A stretch of DNA of 64,000 bases, from the NCBI GenBank assembly GCA_949287075.1, contig CASEEU010000012.1, forward strand, positions 919 through 64,918, written 5' to 3'. The position numbers and the translations under genes are program-made. Positions 52,179 to 62,415 of the stretch are shown piece by piece (position 1 is the stretch's first letter; the number at the start of each line of letters is the position of its first letter). Source of the stretch: an uncultured Eubacteriales bacterium (GTDB taxonomy: Bacteria; Bacillota; Clostridia; TANB77; CAG-508). Under the pieces are notes generated by a model. It did not search any database. It saw only the letters and a program-made list of their open reading frames with translations, and was not told where the DNA came from.

Positions 52179-54752
52179 ATGTTTAATTTTGATAAAGATG
52201 AAGAAGAACTTCCTAGGGCCATGAGAAAAATGCAAAAGGAAAAAGAAGAACGAGAAAAATTCATGGAGGAAGAAAATAAAAAGAAATCTAGAAATAAACA
52301 TGGAAGAAATAGAAAAAGCAAACACAGTAAAAAAAAGAATGAAGAAACCGATGTCGATTATAAAAAAGCCATTAGAAAAAAGAGAGTGAAAAAAATCATT
52401 ATTACGGTTGTTATTATTGTCATTATTATCTTAGCAATTATTTTGGGGATTTCTGCCTATAATTGGAAACAAATAACAACAGATATGTTTTTAAACGAAA
52501 ATTCTATTGTGATGGATTCTGATGGAAATGTCATTGCAGAACTTGGTAGTGAACGAAAGAAAATAAAAGTCGAAAATGAAGATATGCCTGAAAATTTAAA
52601 AGATGCTTATGTATCTATTGAAGATGAAAGATATTATAAGCATCACGGCGTAGATATAAAAAGAACAGGTTCAGCCATTATTAATTATGTCATACACCTA
52701 GGAAATTCTTCTTTTGGAGGAAGTACCATAACACAACAATTGGTAAAAAATTTAACAGGAGATAATAGTGGATCGATTACTAGAAAGGTAAAAGAATGGT
52801 GGAAAGCATATTTACTAGAATGTTATTTTTCAAAAGAAGAAATACTTGACATGTATCTTAACATTATCTATGTTGGACCAAATATATATGGTGTAGGTGC
52901 TGGTAGTCAGTATTATTTTAGTAAAGATATTCAAAGCTTGACACTTGCAGAATGTGCATTTTTAGCAGGAATTAATAATTCACCAAATTCATATAATCCA
53001 TTTGATAATGAAACAGACAATACAGAGAAAATTACAAAGAGAACAATAACGGTATTAGATAAGATGTTAGAATTAGAATATATTACTCAAGAAGAATATG
53101 ATACAGCCGTGTCAGAAGTTAATAATGGATTAAAATTTGAGCAAGGAACAGTAGAATCAAATGATGGAATCTATTCTTACCACACAGATGCGTTAATTAA
53201 TGAGATAACCCAAGATATAGCAGATAAGAAAAATATAACAGAAGATTTTGCTACAAACTATTTATATCTAGGTGGATTAACCATTAATAGTACACAGAAT
53301 TCAAGCATTCAAGATGAAACAGAAACAGAATTTAATAAACGTCAATATCAAATTGCTTCAAGAGAAGGTGGAGATCCAGCCCAAGCAGCAATGGTCATTA
53401 TAGATCATCAAACAGGTCAAGTAGTTGCTTGTGTTGGAGGCTTAGGAGAAAAAGATACAGCACGAGGATTAAATAGAGCAATACAAAGTACAAGACAAAC
53501 AGGTTCTTCTATCAAACCATTAGCTGTATTGGCACCTGGAATTGATAAGAAAAAATTTACAGCGGCAACTATATATGCAGATGAAGAAACAACTTTTGCT
53601 GGAAACTACAAACCTGTAAATTATGATGGATATTTAGGAGATATAACAGTTAGAAGAGCAGTAGAGTCTTCTCAAAATATTCCGTTTGTGGAAATGATGG
53701 AACAAATAGGAGTAAAAACATCTATATCATATTTAAAAGATATGGGAATCACTTCTTTAACAGAAAAAGATGAGAGTTTATCACTAGCTTTAGGAGGATT
53801 AGATAAAGGAATTACACCTTTAGAAATGGCTGCAGCTTATGCAACGATTGCTAATGACGGTGAATATATAGAACCTACTTTTTATACAGAAATAACAAAT
53901 CAAGCAGGAAAAACAGTTGTAAAAGCAAAACCTGAATCACATCGTGTATTTTCAAAACAAGTAGCCTATATTTTAAAGGAAATATTAACACAACCTGTTA
54001 CAGGAAGTAATGGAACAGCTACATATTGTGCAATTTCAGGAATGGACGTAGCAGCGAAAACAGGAACAACAGATGAAAACTATGATAGATGGCTATGTGG
54101 ATTTACCCCATATTATACAGCTGCAACTTGGTTTGGATATGATCAAAATGAAACAATATATTTTAATAGACAAAATCCAGCAGGAATTATTTGGGCAAAT
54201 GTTATGAAAAATATTCATTCTGGATTAGGGAATGCAACATTTGAGAAACCTAGTTGGATACAAACAGAAACTATATGTGCAGATTCTGGAGAAATTGCAA
54301 ATAGTGGTTGTACAAATACTTATGAAGAATATTTCTTGTTAGGAACGAAACCAGATAATTGTACAGAGCATTCTGGAAATAGAATTACAACAAATAATAA
54401 TCAGAATAGACAAAACGAACAACCAAATCAAAATGTATTTAATGAAGACTTAACATTAGATCCAAGTTTAGAAAATGAAATTCCAGAAACAAATACACAA
54501 GCAAACACAACAAATACAACAACAAATAATAGTAGAACAAATACAACGACTGATAATAGTCGAACCAATACAACAAATACAAATAGAAATAATACAACTT
54601 CATCAAATACAACAAATTCTACTACAAGTAATACGACCAATAGTGCTGGAAGTACAAATACATCAGGTAATACAACAACGTCAAGACCAAGCACAAATAC
54701 AAGCACACCTAGTAATACATCTAGAACAGAAGATAATGATGAGGTTGAATAA
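52179..54752 (+). CDS. Class A penicillin-binding protein (PBP1A family)
   Basis: EDERYY.H.G, GSTITQQL, SSIK, KTGT; N/T-rich tail. Confidence 0.92.
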   Translation: MFNFDKDEEELPRAMRKMQKEKEEREKFMEEENKKKSRNKHGRNRKSKHSKKKNEETDVDYKKAIRKKRVKKIIITVVIIVIIILAIILGISAYNWKQITTDMFLNENSIVMDSDGNVIAELGSERKKIKVENEDMPENLKDAYVSIEDERYYKHHGVDIKRTGSAIINYVIHLGNSSFGGSTITQQLVKNLTGDNSGSITRKVKEWWKAYLLECYFSKEEILDMYLNIIYVGPNIYGVGAGSQYYFSKDIQSLTLAECAFLAGINNSPNSYNPFDNETDNTEKITKRTITVLDKMLELEYITQEEYDTAVSEVNNGLKFEQGTVESNDGIYSYHTDALINEITQDIADKKNITEDFATNYLYLGGLTINSTQNSSIQDETETEFNKRQYQIASREGGDPAQAAMVIIDHQTGQVVACVGGLGEKDTARGLNRAIQSTRQTGSSIKPLAVLAPGIDKKKFTAATIYADEETTFAGNYKPVNYDGYLGDITVRRAVESSQNIPFVEMMEQIGVKTSISYLKDMGITSLTEKDESLSLALGGLDKGITPLEMAAAYATIANDGEYIEPTFYTEITNQAGKTVVKAKPESHRVFSKQVAYILKEILTQPVTGSNGTATYCAISGMDVAAKTGTTDENYDRWLCGFTPYYTAATWFGYDQNETIYFNRQNPAGIIWANVMKNIHSGLGNATFEKPSWIQTETICADSGEIANSGCTNTYEEYFLLGTKPDNCTEHSGNRITTNNNQNRQNEQPNQNVFNEDLTLDPSLENEIPETNTQANTTNTTTNNSRTNTTTDNSRTNTTNTNRNNTTSSNTTNSTTSNTTNSAGSTNTSGNTTTSRPSTNTSTPSNTSRTEDNDEVE

Positions 54753-54863
54753 ATCAAAAGAGGGAAACATAGGATTTCTCTCTTTTTTGAAATTTATGTT
54801 AATTTGTGGTATAATAAAAAGTGAACTGTAAATACAGTATCATTACGAAAAGGAGGCTCTATT

Positions 54864-55313
54864 ATGAAAAGAGCAAATACAAAAGAAGTAAAAAGATACG
54901 CAAAGGAAATTTGCCGGAATGCAGATTTAGTCGAAGAAGTAGGAATAGTAATTTCCTGTGTAACTGGAGTTCCCACACTTTGTGAATTTCCTGAAAAGAT
55001 TCAGGAGGCCTACTATAAGGCAATGAATCAGAAAAAGTTTTTGGAGAATTTACGAAAATCTGTGAAAGATGAGATATTGGAAATGCTTGCTGTTAGAGAA
55101 GTAAGTACAATAAAGTTGGTAAAATACTATTTCATCTTTAATGTACAGGAACTGAATGCTCTGTTTTCGAAAAATACGGCACTTTCTAGTAACGTAAAAA
55201 GGCTTATGATTATACATGAGCTCGAAAAGCTACTGGAAAATACAGTGCAGACAGAAGATGAAGACAGAAAAGTAGCAAAGGCAGTTAATAGAATTTACAA
55301 GTCTTTGCAGTAA
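54864..55313 (+). CDS. Hypothetical protein (GC-richer stand-alone gene)
   Basis: AGGAGG RBS; TTGAAA...TATAAT upstream; terminator downstream. Confidence 0.6.
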   Translation: MKRANTKEVKRYAKEICRNADLVEEVGIVISCVTGVPTLCEFPEKIQEAYYKAMNQKKFLENLRKSVKDEILEMLAVREVSTIKLVKYYFIFNVQELNALFSKNTALSSNVKRLMIIHELEKLLENTVQTEDEDRKVAKAVNRIYKSLQ

Positions 55314-55322
55314 AATTTCCAG

Positions 55323-55376
55323 AAACAAAAACGCGGAGGAAGGTGTAAAATCCTTTCTCCACGTTTTTGTTTTTTT
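55323..55376. terminator. Bidirectional terminator
   Basis: AAACAAAAACGCGGAGGAAGG...CCTTTCTCCACGTTTTTGTTT. Confidence 0.7.
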
Positions 55377-55406
55377 AAGTATATTTTTATTCAAAATTAA
55401 TATTTT

Positions 55407-56318
55407 TTAGTTTATACAACTTTTAGAAGGGTTTACTACAGCAGGAGGAATTTCATATTTAACATCAAAAAATTGAAAATCATCTAAGGTATTATCTTCT
55501 AAACAAGCCAAATAAATGTCTAATTCATTTAAAGACTTACAAGCTGTAATAATAGCAGGGTGCAAATTATAATTGAAAAACAACTCTATACCAAGACCTA
55601 TCGCTTTTAATTTAGAACCTTTTTCTTTTTCTGTAACAAGTTTATAAGCTTCTCTAAATCTTGCAATAGCTGCGAATTTATAATCGCTAAGTGATTTTGT
55701 ATAAAGATGATCAATAACACTTTGTATTGTTTTATATTCAGAGCGATTACTTAATAATAATTCCTTAATTTCATTTATTGTAAAAGGAAGGAATACTTTT
55801 TGTTGAAATTCTGAAATTATCAAGCTTTTTTCAAGATAAAAGTTTGATAAAATTTCATTGTCAATAATATTTGTTTGTTTATTTTCGGTTTTGGTAGTTA
55901 AATTTTTTGCTAATTCTGATAAATCTATTGTTGTTATTCTATGAACAAAGTTTTCTATTATTTCTGTACTTTCGTATATAGAATTTATATTATCTTTAAA
56001 AAATTGATTATATTCATTTATTTGTCCTTCTATATTTTCAGTATTATCATTTATTTTATCTAGAGATTTCAATAAATTTTTTAAAATGGTAATATTGGAA
56101 TTAGACTTTGTTAAAGCATTTGTTGATTCATTTAAATAATAAAACGCTTTATCATTAGGATTAATATCATATGAAAAAGTAACATCTGACATAAAATTTT
56201 TAATAAACATTAAAATTTGTTTATTTAGATTTTTTTGAATTTCTAATGTAGATGTTAAAGAAATTTTTTCTAATTCAATTAATTTTTTCATATTTTCTTT
56301 ATCTGAAAAGTTTATCAT
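55407..56318 (-). CDS. Hypothetical coiled-coil protein
   Basis: 303-aa ORF, GGAGG RBS; C-terminal ARFREAY..LHPAIITACK. Confidence 0.65.
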   Translation of the reverse strand: MINFSDKENMKKLIELEKISLTSTLEIQKNLNKQILMFIKNFMSDVTFSYDINPNDKAFYYLNESTNALTKSNSNITILKNLLKSLDKINDNTENIEGQINEYNQFFKDNINSIYESTEIIENFVHRITTIDLSELAKNLTTKTENKQTNIIDNEILSNFYLEKSLIISEFQQKVFLPFTINEIKELLLSNRSEYKTIQSVIDHLYTKSLSDYKFAAIARFREAYKLVTEKEKGSKLKAIGLGIELFFNYNLHPAIITACKSLNELDIYLACLEDNTLDDFQFFDVKYEIPPAVVNPSKSCIN

Positions 56319-56477
56319 TTGTATCCTCCACAGTAAATTTATTTTATTATAACATTAGCATGAAAAATTGTAAATGAAAATATAAAAAAAATATCGAAAC
56401 TAATAAAAAAAAGTTGAAAAAAAAAATCTAGTATGATATATTGGCACTAGAATTTTTTGTTATACAAGGGGGAAAAA

Positions 56478-57050
56478 ATGAAGAGAGTATTTTTTAATAT
56501 CATTTTTATGATTTATTTAGTAATCGCAATATTTGTAACGGTTTGCTTATTGTCATACAATGACTATAAAGTATCAGAGTTTGGAACAATATCATTTGTT
56601 ATTGTACCAGATAATAAATTGAATCCAGATTTTAACAAAGGTGATTTAGCAATTATAGATAAAGCGGACAGATTAGAAAAAGGAGATAAATTTCTATACT
56701 ATGATGTATATAATGAACAAGTTATTATAAGATTAGGAACAGTTAATGATATAGATGATTCAAATGAATTTGATGTAAAATACTTAATAGATGATGGAGA
56801 ATATGAAATTTCAGATGAATATGTCATAGGGCCTACATCAACAGCAACAGTAATGCAAAATGTAGGAACAGTCTTAGGAATTATAGAATCAAGATGGGGA
56901 TTTCTATTTTTAATTGTATTACCAGCATTAATCGCATTTGTTAATCAAATCATGGTTGTTGCTACTGGAATAAAACAAGCAAAAAAAGAAATTAAAGAAG
57001 AAGCAAAAGAAGATAAAAAAGAAACTAAGGAAAAGGAAAAAAATGACTGA
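56478..57050 (+). CDS. Degenerate SipW/S26 signal-peptidase-like membrane protein
   Basis: Same topology as SipW (TM-FG..F.IV...P....GDL...VIG-TM) but GSM Ser and THR His are absent. Confidence 0.55.
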   Translation: MKRVFFNIIFMIYLVIAIFVTVCLLSYNDYKVSEFGTISFVIVPDNKLNPDFNKGDLAIIDKADRLEKGDKFLYYDVYNEQVIIRLGTVNDIDDSNEFDVKYLIDDGEYEISDEYVIGPTSTATVMQNVGTVLGIIESRWGFLFLIVLPALIAFVNQIMVVATGIKQAKKEIKEEAKEDKKETKEKEKND

Positions 57051-57675
57051 TTTAGGTAAAAAAAACACAAAAAAAGCATTGATTTTTTTGTGTTTATGTA
57101 TCATTTTACTAATTATATATGGAGTTATAAGAATATATGCACTTTTTCATAGTGAACTAGGAGCAATCGTTCAGCTTGAAAATGGAACATGGAATATTCA
57201 TGTCAATGGAACAGACATAACGAAAGGAACAGATATTAAATTTGATGTAAACAATGTTACTGTGGAAGAAAATGAACATGTTAAACCAGGGAATATAGCA
57301 CCTGGTTTAACCGGTATTTTTAAAATCAATATTGATCCTAAAAATACGAATGTTTCAACCAGATATGATATCCATTTAGATGAAGAAAAACTTACAAATC
57401 CAAATATACAAATAAAATCCATAAAAGAAACATTAAATGGAAATGAATTAGTAAAAACAGATAAAAATACATATACAGGAATCATACCATTAGAAAAAAT
57501 ACAAGAGGGAACCACAAATGAAATTACAGTAGAAGTAGAATGGATGGAAAATGAAAATAATCATGAAGAAGATATTGAATTAGGAACAACATGGGAGGCA
57601 GAATATCAAATTTCAATTACTGTGCATGTTTGCCAATATTTAGGAGAAGAGTTAAATCAGTACACTAGTGAATAA
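57043..57675 (+). CDS. SipW-substrate, TasA/camelysin-like secreted protein
   Basis: Signal ending IYA-LF.S; W.I.VNG; NIAPG..G.F.I.ID. Confidence 0.6.
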   Translation: MTDLGKKNTKKALIFLCLCIILLIIYGVIRIYALFHSELGAIVQLENGTWNIHVNGTDITKGTDIKFDVNNVTVEENEHVKPGNIAPGLTGIFKINIDPKNTNVSTRYDIHLDEEKLTNPNIQIKSIKETLNGNELVKTDKNTYTGIIPLEKIQEGTTNEITVEVEWMENENNHEEDIELGTTWEAEYQISITVHVCQYLGEELNQYTSE

Positions 57676-57686
57676 CAGGAGAAAAA

Positions 57687-58226
57687 ATGTCAAATCATAA
57701 GAAAAAGAAAACAATTAGTATCATAATAGGACATATTCTTAATGTATTATTGCTTATCGTTTTTATTTTAATCATGATAGGTATTTATTATATAGTACAA
57801 ATTAAAGTATTCCAAAATGATTATGCGAATCTATTTGGATATACGTTTTTTGAAGTAGCAACAGGCAGTATGTCAGGTACAATAGAAGTAGGAGATGTTG
57901 TGATTGTCAAAATTACAAAAGATGTAAATAAAGGAGAAGTCATTGTATATAAAGAAGGAGACAATTTTATTACACATAGATTAGTAGAAAAAGATGCTAA
58001 TCACTTAGTAGCAAAGGGAGATGCTAATAATAGTGAAGATAAACCTATTACAGAAGATCAGATTTTAGGAAGAGTAATTTATATGCTTCCTAAATTAGGA
58101 GTGTGGAGAAAAATCTTTTTGTCACCAGAAATCATAGGACTTATTTTACTTTTGCTTTTCCTTTTAGGAATTGTTGTGCAATTTATTTCTAAAAATGATA
58201 AAGCAAATAAAGAGGATGAAAAATAA
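57687..58226 (+). CDS. sipW: Signal peptidase I, SipW/ER-type (S26B)
   Basis: VATGSM, GDVVIV, ITHR, KGDANN..D. Confidence 0.9.
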   Translation: MSNHKKKKTISIIIGHILNVLLLIVFILIMIGIYYIVQIKVFQNDYANLFGYTFFEVATGSMSGTIEVGDVVIVKITKDVNKGEVIVYKEGDNFITHRLVEKDANHLVAKGDANNSEDKPITEDQILGRVIYMLPKLGVWRKIFLSPEIIGLILLLLFLLGIVVQFISKNDKANKEDEK

Positions 58227-58284
58227 GAAATACAATTACAGCAATTTTATTAAAATTATGACTAAAGAAAGGAATGATAAACGA

Positions 58285-58857
58285 ATGAATAAAAAACTGA
58301 AAAGATTATATGCAAAATTTGTCATTCTTATATTATGTCTATTAATTCTCATTAGGATCGTCGTTCTTGTTTTATCAAAATATGAAAGTATAGCAAATTC
58401 AACAGCTAATGTGGATATTGCATTTTACTTATTAAACGAAGATTATAAAACAATGACATTAAATCTAGCATCATTATTTCCACAAGATGATGCATATGTA
58501 TATACATTTTCAATAGGAAATCAAGATGGAGAAAAAACAGCTGAAATTGATTTAGCATATAATTTAACGATTCGAACAACGACAAATTTACCATTAACAT
58601 ATGAATTATATAAAAATCAAAAATATACAGATTCAGGAGCAGGGAATATTATAAAAACAAATACTGTAGAACCAGATGAATATGGTACATATTTTAGAAA
58701 TATGACCACACAAGAAGAAAATTTATATTATAAAGAACCAAAAACAAATATATATGAATTGGTTATCCATTTTCCAGAAAATTATAATACAACAAATTAT
58801 CAAAATATTATAGAAGCTTTAGAAATCCAAGTTGATTCACATCAAATAACATCTTAA
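58285..58857 (+). CDS. SipW-substrate-like secreted protein
   Basis: Hydrophobic signal ending LSKYES followed by a beta-rich domain. Confidence 0.6.
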   Translation: MNKKLKRLYAKFVILILCLLILIRIVVLVLSKYESIANSTANVDIAFYLLNEDYKTMTLNLASLFPQDDAYVYTFSIGNQDGEKTAEIDLAYNLTIRTTTNLPLTYELYKNQKYTDSGAGNIIKTNTVEPDEYGTYFRNMTTQEENLYYKEPKTNIYELVIHFPENYNTTNYQNIIEALEIQVDSHQITS

Positions 58858-58876
58858 AAATAAAAAGAGGAGTCAT

Positions 58877-59830
58877 ATGCAAAAGAAAATAGGAAATTTT
58901 ATAAGCAAAAATATAAAATATAAAAAAAATCAAATAATCATTGCTACACTCATTGCACTTAGTCTTTTGTCATTTATGATTATTTTTGGTAGATATTTAA
59001 CAAGTAATGTCAGCAATTTTTTTGTAAGGAGTAAAGAATTTTATTTTTTCAGTGATAAATTATCAGAAGATAATTCTGTTTATCAAGTTGACAATTGGTC
59101 AGGTGTAGATGATTATACAATTACCATTAATATGAATAGTCGTTTAAATAATATAGAATCTGCAACTTATGATATCGGATATGATATTTCATATACATGT
59201 AGTGATAATGCCATTTGTCAGTTAAGTAAAACACAAGGAATTATTAAAGCAGATACCAATTCAGATTTTTTTAATTTAACCATTACGCCAAATACACAAT
59301 TAAAAGATGGAGACAAAGTCGTTGTTGATGTAGTTGTTCATTCAACTGCACCATATAAAAAGACTTTAAAAGGAAGATTTACATTTGTTGTAGGAAAAGA
59401 GAAACTTACTTATCAAATCACAGACAAATCACAAGATCCATATATGTTATTAAGTATCACAAATACGTTAACCTATTATATGATTAAAGAAGCATTTGAT
59501 TCTTTTCATGTAGGAGATAGGATAGATATAGATACCTATTTATCATTATCAGAGGATAAAAAAGCAAAATGTTATTCTGCAGAAGTTAAAATTGAATTTA
59601 ATCCAAGGGAAGTGTTGTTTGATGTAACAAATAGTGTTTATTCAGATGCAACAAATGTAACAACGACCAATATAGATGGTAAAACATATATAAATGGGTT
59701 TACTATCAAAATAGATGCTATCTCTAGTAGAGAAATTAGATTTTATAAGGTGGATGTCAATCAAGATTATACATATCCTAATGGTAGTAATGATAAATCT
59801 ATTATAACTATTAGCAATAAAGAGATATAA
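58877..59830 (+). CDS. SipW-substrate-like secreted beta-rich protein
   Basis: Signal ending FGRY; FYFFSDKL motif. Confidence 0.55.
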   Translation: MQKKIGNFISKNIKYKKNQIIIATLIALSLLSFMIIFGRYLTSNVSNFFVRSKEFYFFSDKLSEDNSVYQVDNWSGVDDYTITINMNSRLNNIESATYDIGYDISYTCSDNAICQLSKTQGIIKADTNSDFFNLTITPNTQLKDGDKVVVDVVVHSTAPYKKTLKGRFTFVVGKEKLTYQITDKSQDPYMLLSITNTLTYYMIKEAFDSFHVGDRIDIDTYLSLSEDKKAKCYSAEVKIEFNPREVLFDVTNSVYSDATNVTTTNIDGKTYINGFTIKIDAISSREIRFYKVDVNQDYTYPNGSNDKSIITISNKEI

Positions 59831-59857
59831 TGATTTTAAAGAAAGGAAATATATAAA

Positions 59858-60859
59858 ATGACAATCAATATTATGAATGAATACATTACACTAACGAAAA
59901 AACAAATTACAACATATTTAAAACTTGTATTTGAAAACACATATGATAAAAGATATGATGATATGTATTCTGAAAAATACATAAATGCAAGATATTATAA
60001 TTTCTTTAAAGGAAGTGAAAATGCGACAATCAGAAGAACAATACTAGAAGAATTGAAAAAAACATATGAATATGCCATCTCAGAAAATTTCAATGATAAA
60101 GATTTTTTAGATAAATTACATGTTTTTTTCTGTTATGTTTTATATTTTGACAATGTTGTATATTATAAAGATTTAAGAAATAAGATATTTCAAATAACAA
60201 AACTTAGAAAAAAACTTTTAAATAGAGAAAATGATGGTTTTGAAGAAAATTTATATAATGAAATGACAAAAATAAGTGATGAAAAAGAAAGATTATTAAC
60301 AAAGTTTAACACAAATCAATTTTTCTTAAAGATATCAAACTATAAGAATATTGCAAATGTATATAGAGTAAACTTAAAATTCGAATTAAAATTTCCTATG
60401 GAATATAGTGAAATGGCCATTCATAAAGTGTTTAATTCAGGAATTACAAATGAAGACAAATTAGTGATAGAATATTACTTAATTACTGTTCAAATTATAA
60501 GAGATGTGATTAAGCAAAATTTTAAAAAACAATATATTGTTGAATTTGCAGAAACATTATTGGCAAAACCCAAAAAAATAAAAAGTATATTAAATGTTAT
60601 AGACAATGCAGCGATTCAGGATAAACTATGTTTAAAAATAAGACATGAATATTTTATAGAAAATAAAGAAGCTGTATATGAACTTATGAGAGAGGGATAT
60701 AGATTTGCTATTATTTTAGATAATTCTTTTGAAGCAAATTATAAAAATATGGAAAATTTAAAAATGTTTAAATATGTCATACTTAATAGAGAGTCAAAAC
60801 AATATGGACAAGTTATGCAATTTAATCAAGAAGTGAAAAACAATATTATAGAAATATAG
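59858..60859 (+). CDS. Cytoplasmic protein with possible degenerate EAL-like C-terminal domain
   Basis: ELMREGYRFAIILDNSF resembles the EAL 'L...G.riAlDDF' segment; catalytic motifs are missing. Confidence 0.45.
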   Translation: MTINIMNEYITLTKKQITTYLKLVFENTYDKRYDDMYSEKYINARYYNFFKGSENATIRRTILEELKKTYEYAISENFNDKDFLDKLHVFFCYVLYFDNVVYYKDLRNKIFQITKLRKKLLNRENDGFEENLYNEMTKISDEKERLLTKFNTNQFFLKISNYKNIANVYRVNLKFELKFPMEYSEMAIHKVFNSGITNEDKLVIEYYLITVQIIRDVIKQNFKKQYIVEFAETLLAKPKKIKSILNVIDNAAIQDKLCLKIRHEYFIENKEAVYELMREGYRFAIILDNSFEANYKNMENLKMFKYVILNRESKQYGQVMQFNQEVKNNIIEI

Positions 60860-60877
60860 AAAGGAAATATAATAAAT

Positions 60878-62398
60878 ATGGAGACATTTTCAAAATTTTT
60901 GTATGAATTTTTAAAACAATTCTTTTCAGGAATTACAACCGTTATGAAAGCAATTGGGGCAGGTTTTAGTCAAATGTTTGATTTTGATTCTTACCAAAAT
61001 ATTATAGATACTTACAAAGGAGATTTATCAGCACCTGAGTGGATTTTGGTTGTTGTATCTATTTTATGTATTTTAATATTTGTAGGATTAATTATAGCAT
61101 TGATTTATTTATTATGTAGAAAATATATAAAATTTAGAAAAAAAGCAGTGGATCAAGATGCTTTATTAGAAGAAGTGGCTTCATTAAATAAGCAAGTAGA
61201 AACTTTAATGAAGGAAAAAGAAAATATTATGGCAATGAAGATATCACAATTGGGGCTAAAACCAGATGAATCACCAGAAATTGATGAACAAGAGCAAGAA
61301 GAAGACTCCAATAACCCAGATATCCGTTTTGCAAAATTGCATGAAATTGATTTAAAATATGAAGATTATGAACAACCAGATTATGAAAATTCATTTACAT
61401 TACCAGAATTATGTGAAAATTTTAGAAATTTTTCTGCTTCAAAATTGAAATTATATTATAAACCAGAAATGGTCAGAATATTTATTTCAGCTTTAGCTTC
61501 TACTAAACTCATTATTTTACAAGGTATTTCTGGAACTGGTAAAACATCTCTTGCATATGCATGGGGAAAATTTATGAGACATGACTCATGTATTGCATCT
61601 GTTCAACCCTCATGGAGAGATAGAACAGATATGTTCGGATATTTTAATGAATTCACAAAAAAATTCAATGAAACAGAAATGTTAAAAGAAATGTATACAG
61701 CTGGCTATGTAGATGAAGTATTTACAGTTATTTTAGATGAGATGAACCTATCACGTGTGGAATATTATTTTGCAGAAATGCTTTCTATTTTGGAAATGCC
61801 AAATAGAGATGAATGGATTATCGAATTAGTTCCTAATAGCTGGAAAACTGACCCCAAATATATTGAAGGAGGAAAGATAAAAGTACCAGCTAATATGTGG
61901 TATATTGGTACCATCAATAATGATGATTCTACATTTGCTGTAACAGACAAGGTATATGATAGAGCAATGCCGATAGATATCAATGAAAAAAGTGTTGCAT
62001 TTGAACCAGTTTATACAGAAGCGCAAGGAATTAATTTTACATATTTAGATAAGTTATTTGAAACAGCAATACAGGAAAATCCAATTTCAGAAGAAGCAAT
62101 GGATAAAATAGAACAAATGGATAATTATGTTATACAACATTTTCGTATTGCATTTGGTAATCGTATTGTTGCACACATGAAAAAATTTGTACCTGTATAT
62201 GTAGCTTGTGGTGGAGATGAAATTAGTGGTGTAGATTATTTCATTGCCAAAAAAATATTAAGAAAATTTGAACAATTGAATATGTCAGCTATTAGAGATG
62301 AAATAGATCCATATATTCAATTTTTAAATACAACCTTTGGTAAAAATAAAATGAAAGAATGTATAGACTATCTATTAAGATTGAAAAAGATGGCATAG
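60878..62398 (+). CDS. Membrane-anchored McrB-like AAA+ GTPase
   Basis: N-terminal TM and coiled coil; GISGTGKT, VQPSW.D..D.FGY, ILDEMNLSRVEYYF, GTINNDD (NxxD), DKVYDRA. Confidence 0.85.
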   Translation: METFSKFLYEFLKQFFSGITTVMKAIGAGFSQMFDFDSYQNIIDTYKGDLSAPEWILVVVSILCILIFVGLIIALIYLLCRKYIKFRKKAVDQDALLEEVASLNKQVETLMKEKENIMAMKISQLGLKPDESPEIDEQEQEEDSNNPDIRFAKLHEIDLKYEDYEQPDYENSFTLPELCENFRNFSASKLKLYYKPEMVRIFISALASTKLIILQGISGTGKTSLAYAWGKFMRHDSCIASVQPSWRDRTDMFGYFNEFTKKFNETEMLKEMYTAGYVDEVFTVILDEMNLSRVEYYFAEMLSILEMPNRDEWIIELVPNSWKTDPKYIEGGKIKVPANMWYIGTINNDDSTFAVTDKVYDRAMPIDINEKSVAFEPVYTEAQGINFTYLDKLFETAIQENPISEEAMDKIEQMDNYVIQHFRIAFGNRIVAHMKKFVPVYVACGGDEISGVDYFIAKKILRKFEQLNMSAIRDEIDPYIQFLNTTFGKNKMKECIDYLLRLKKMA

Positions 62399-62415
62399 AG
62401 GGGAGAGAATAACAG

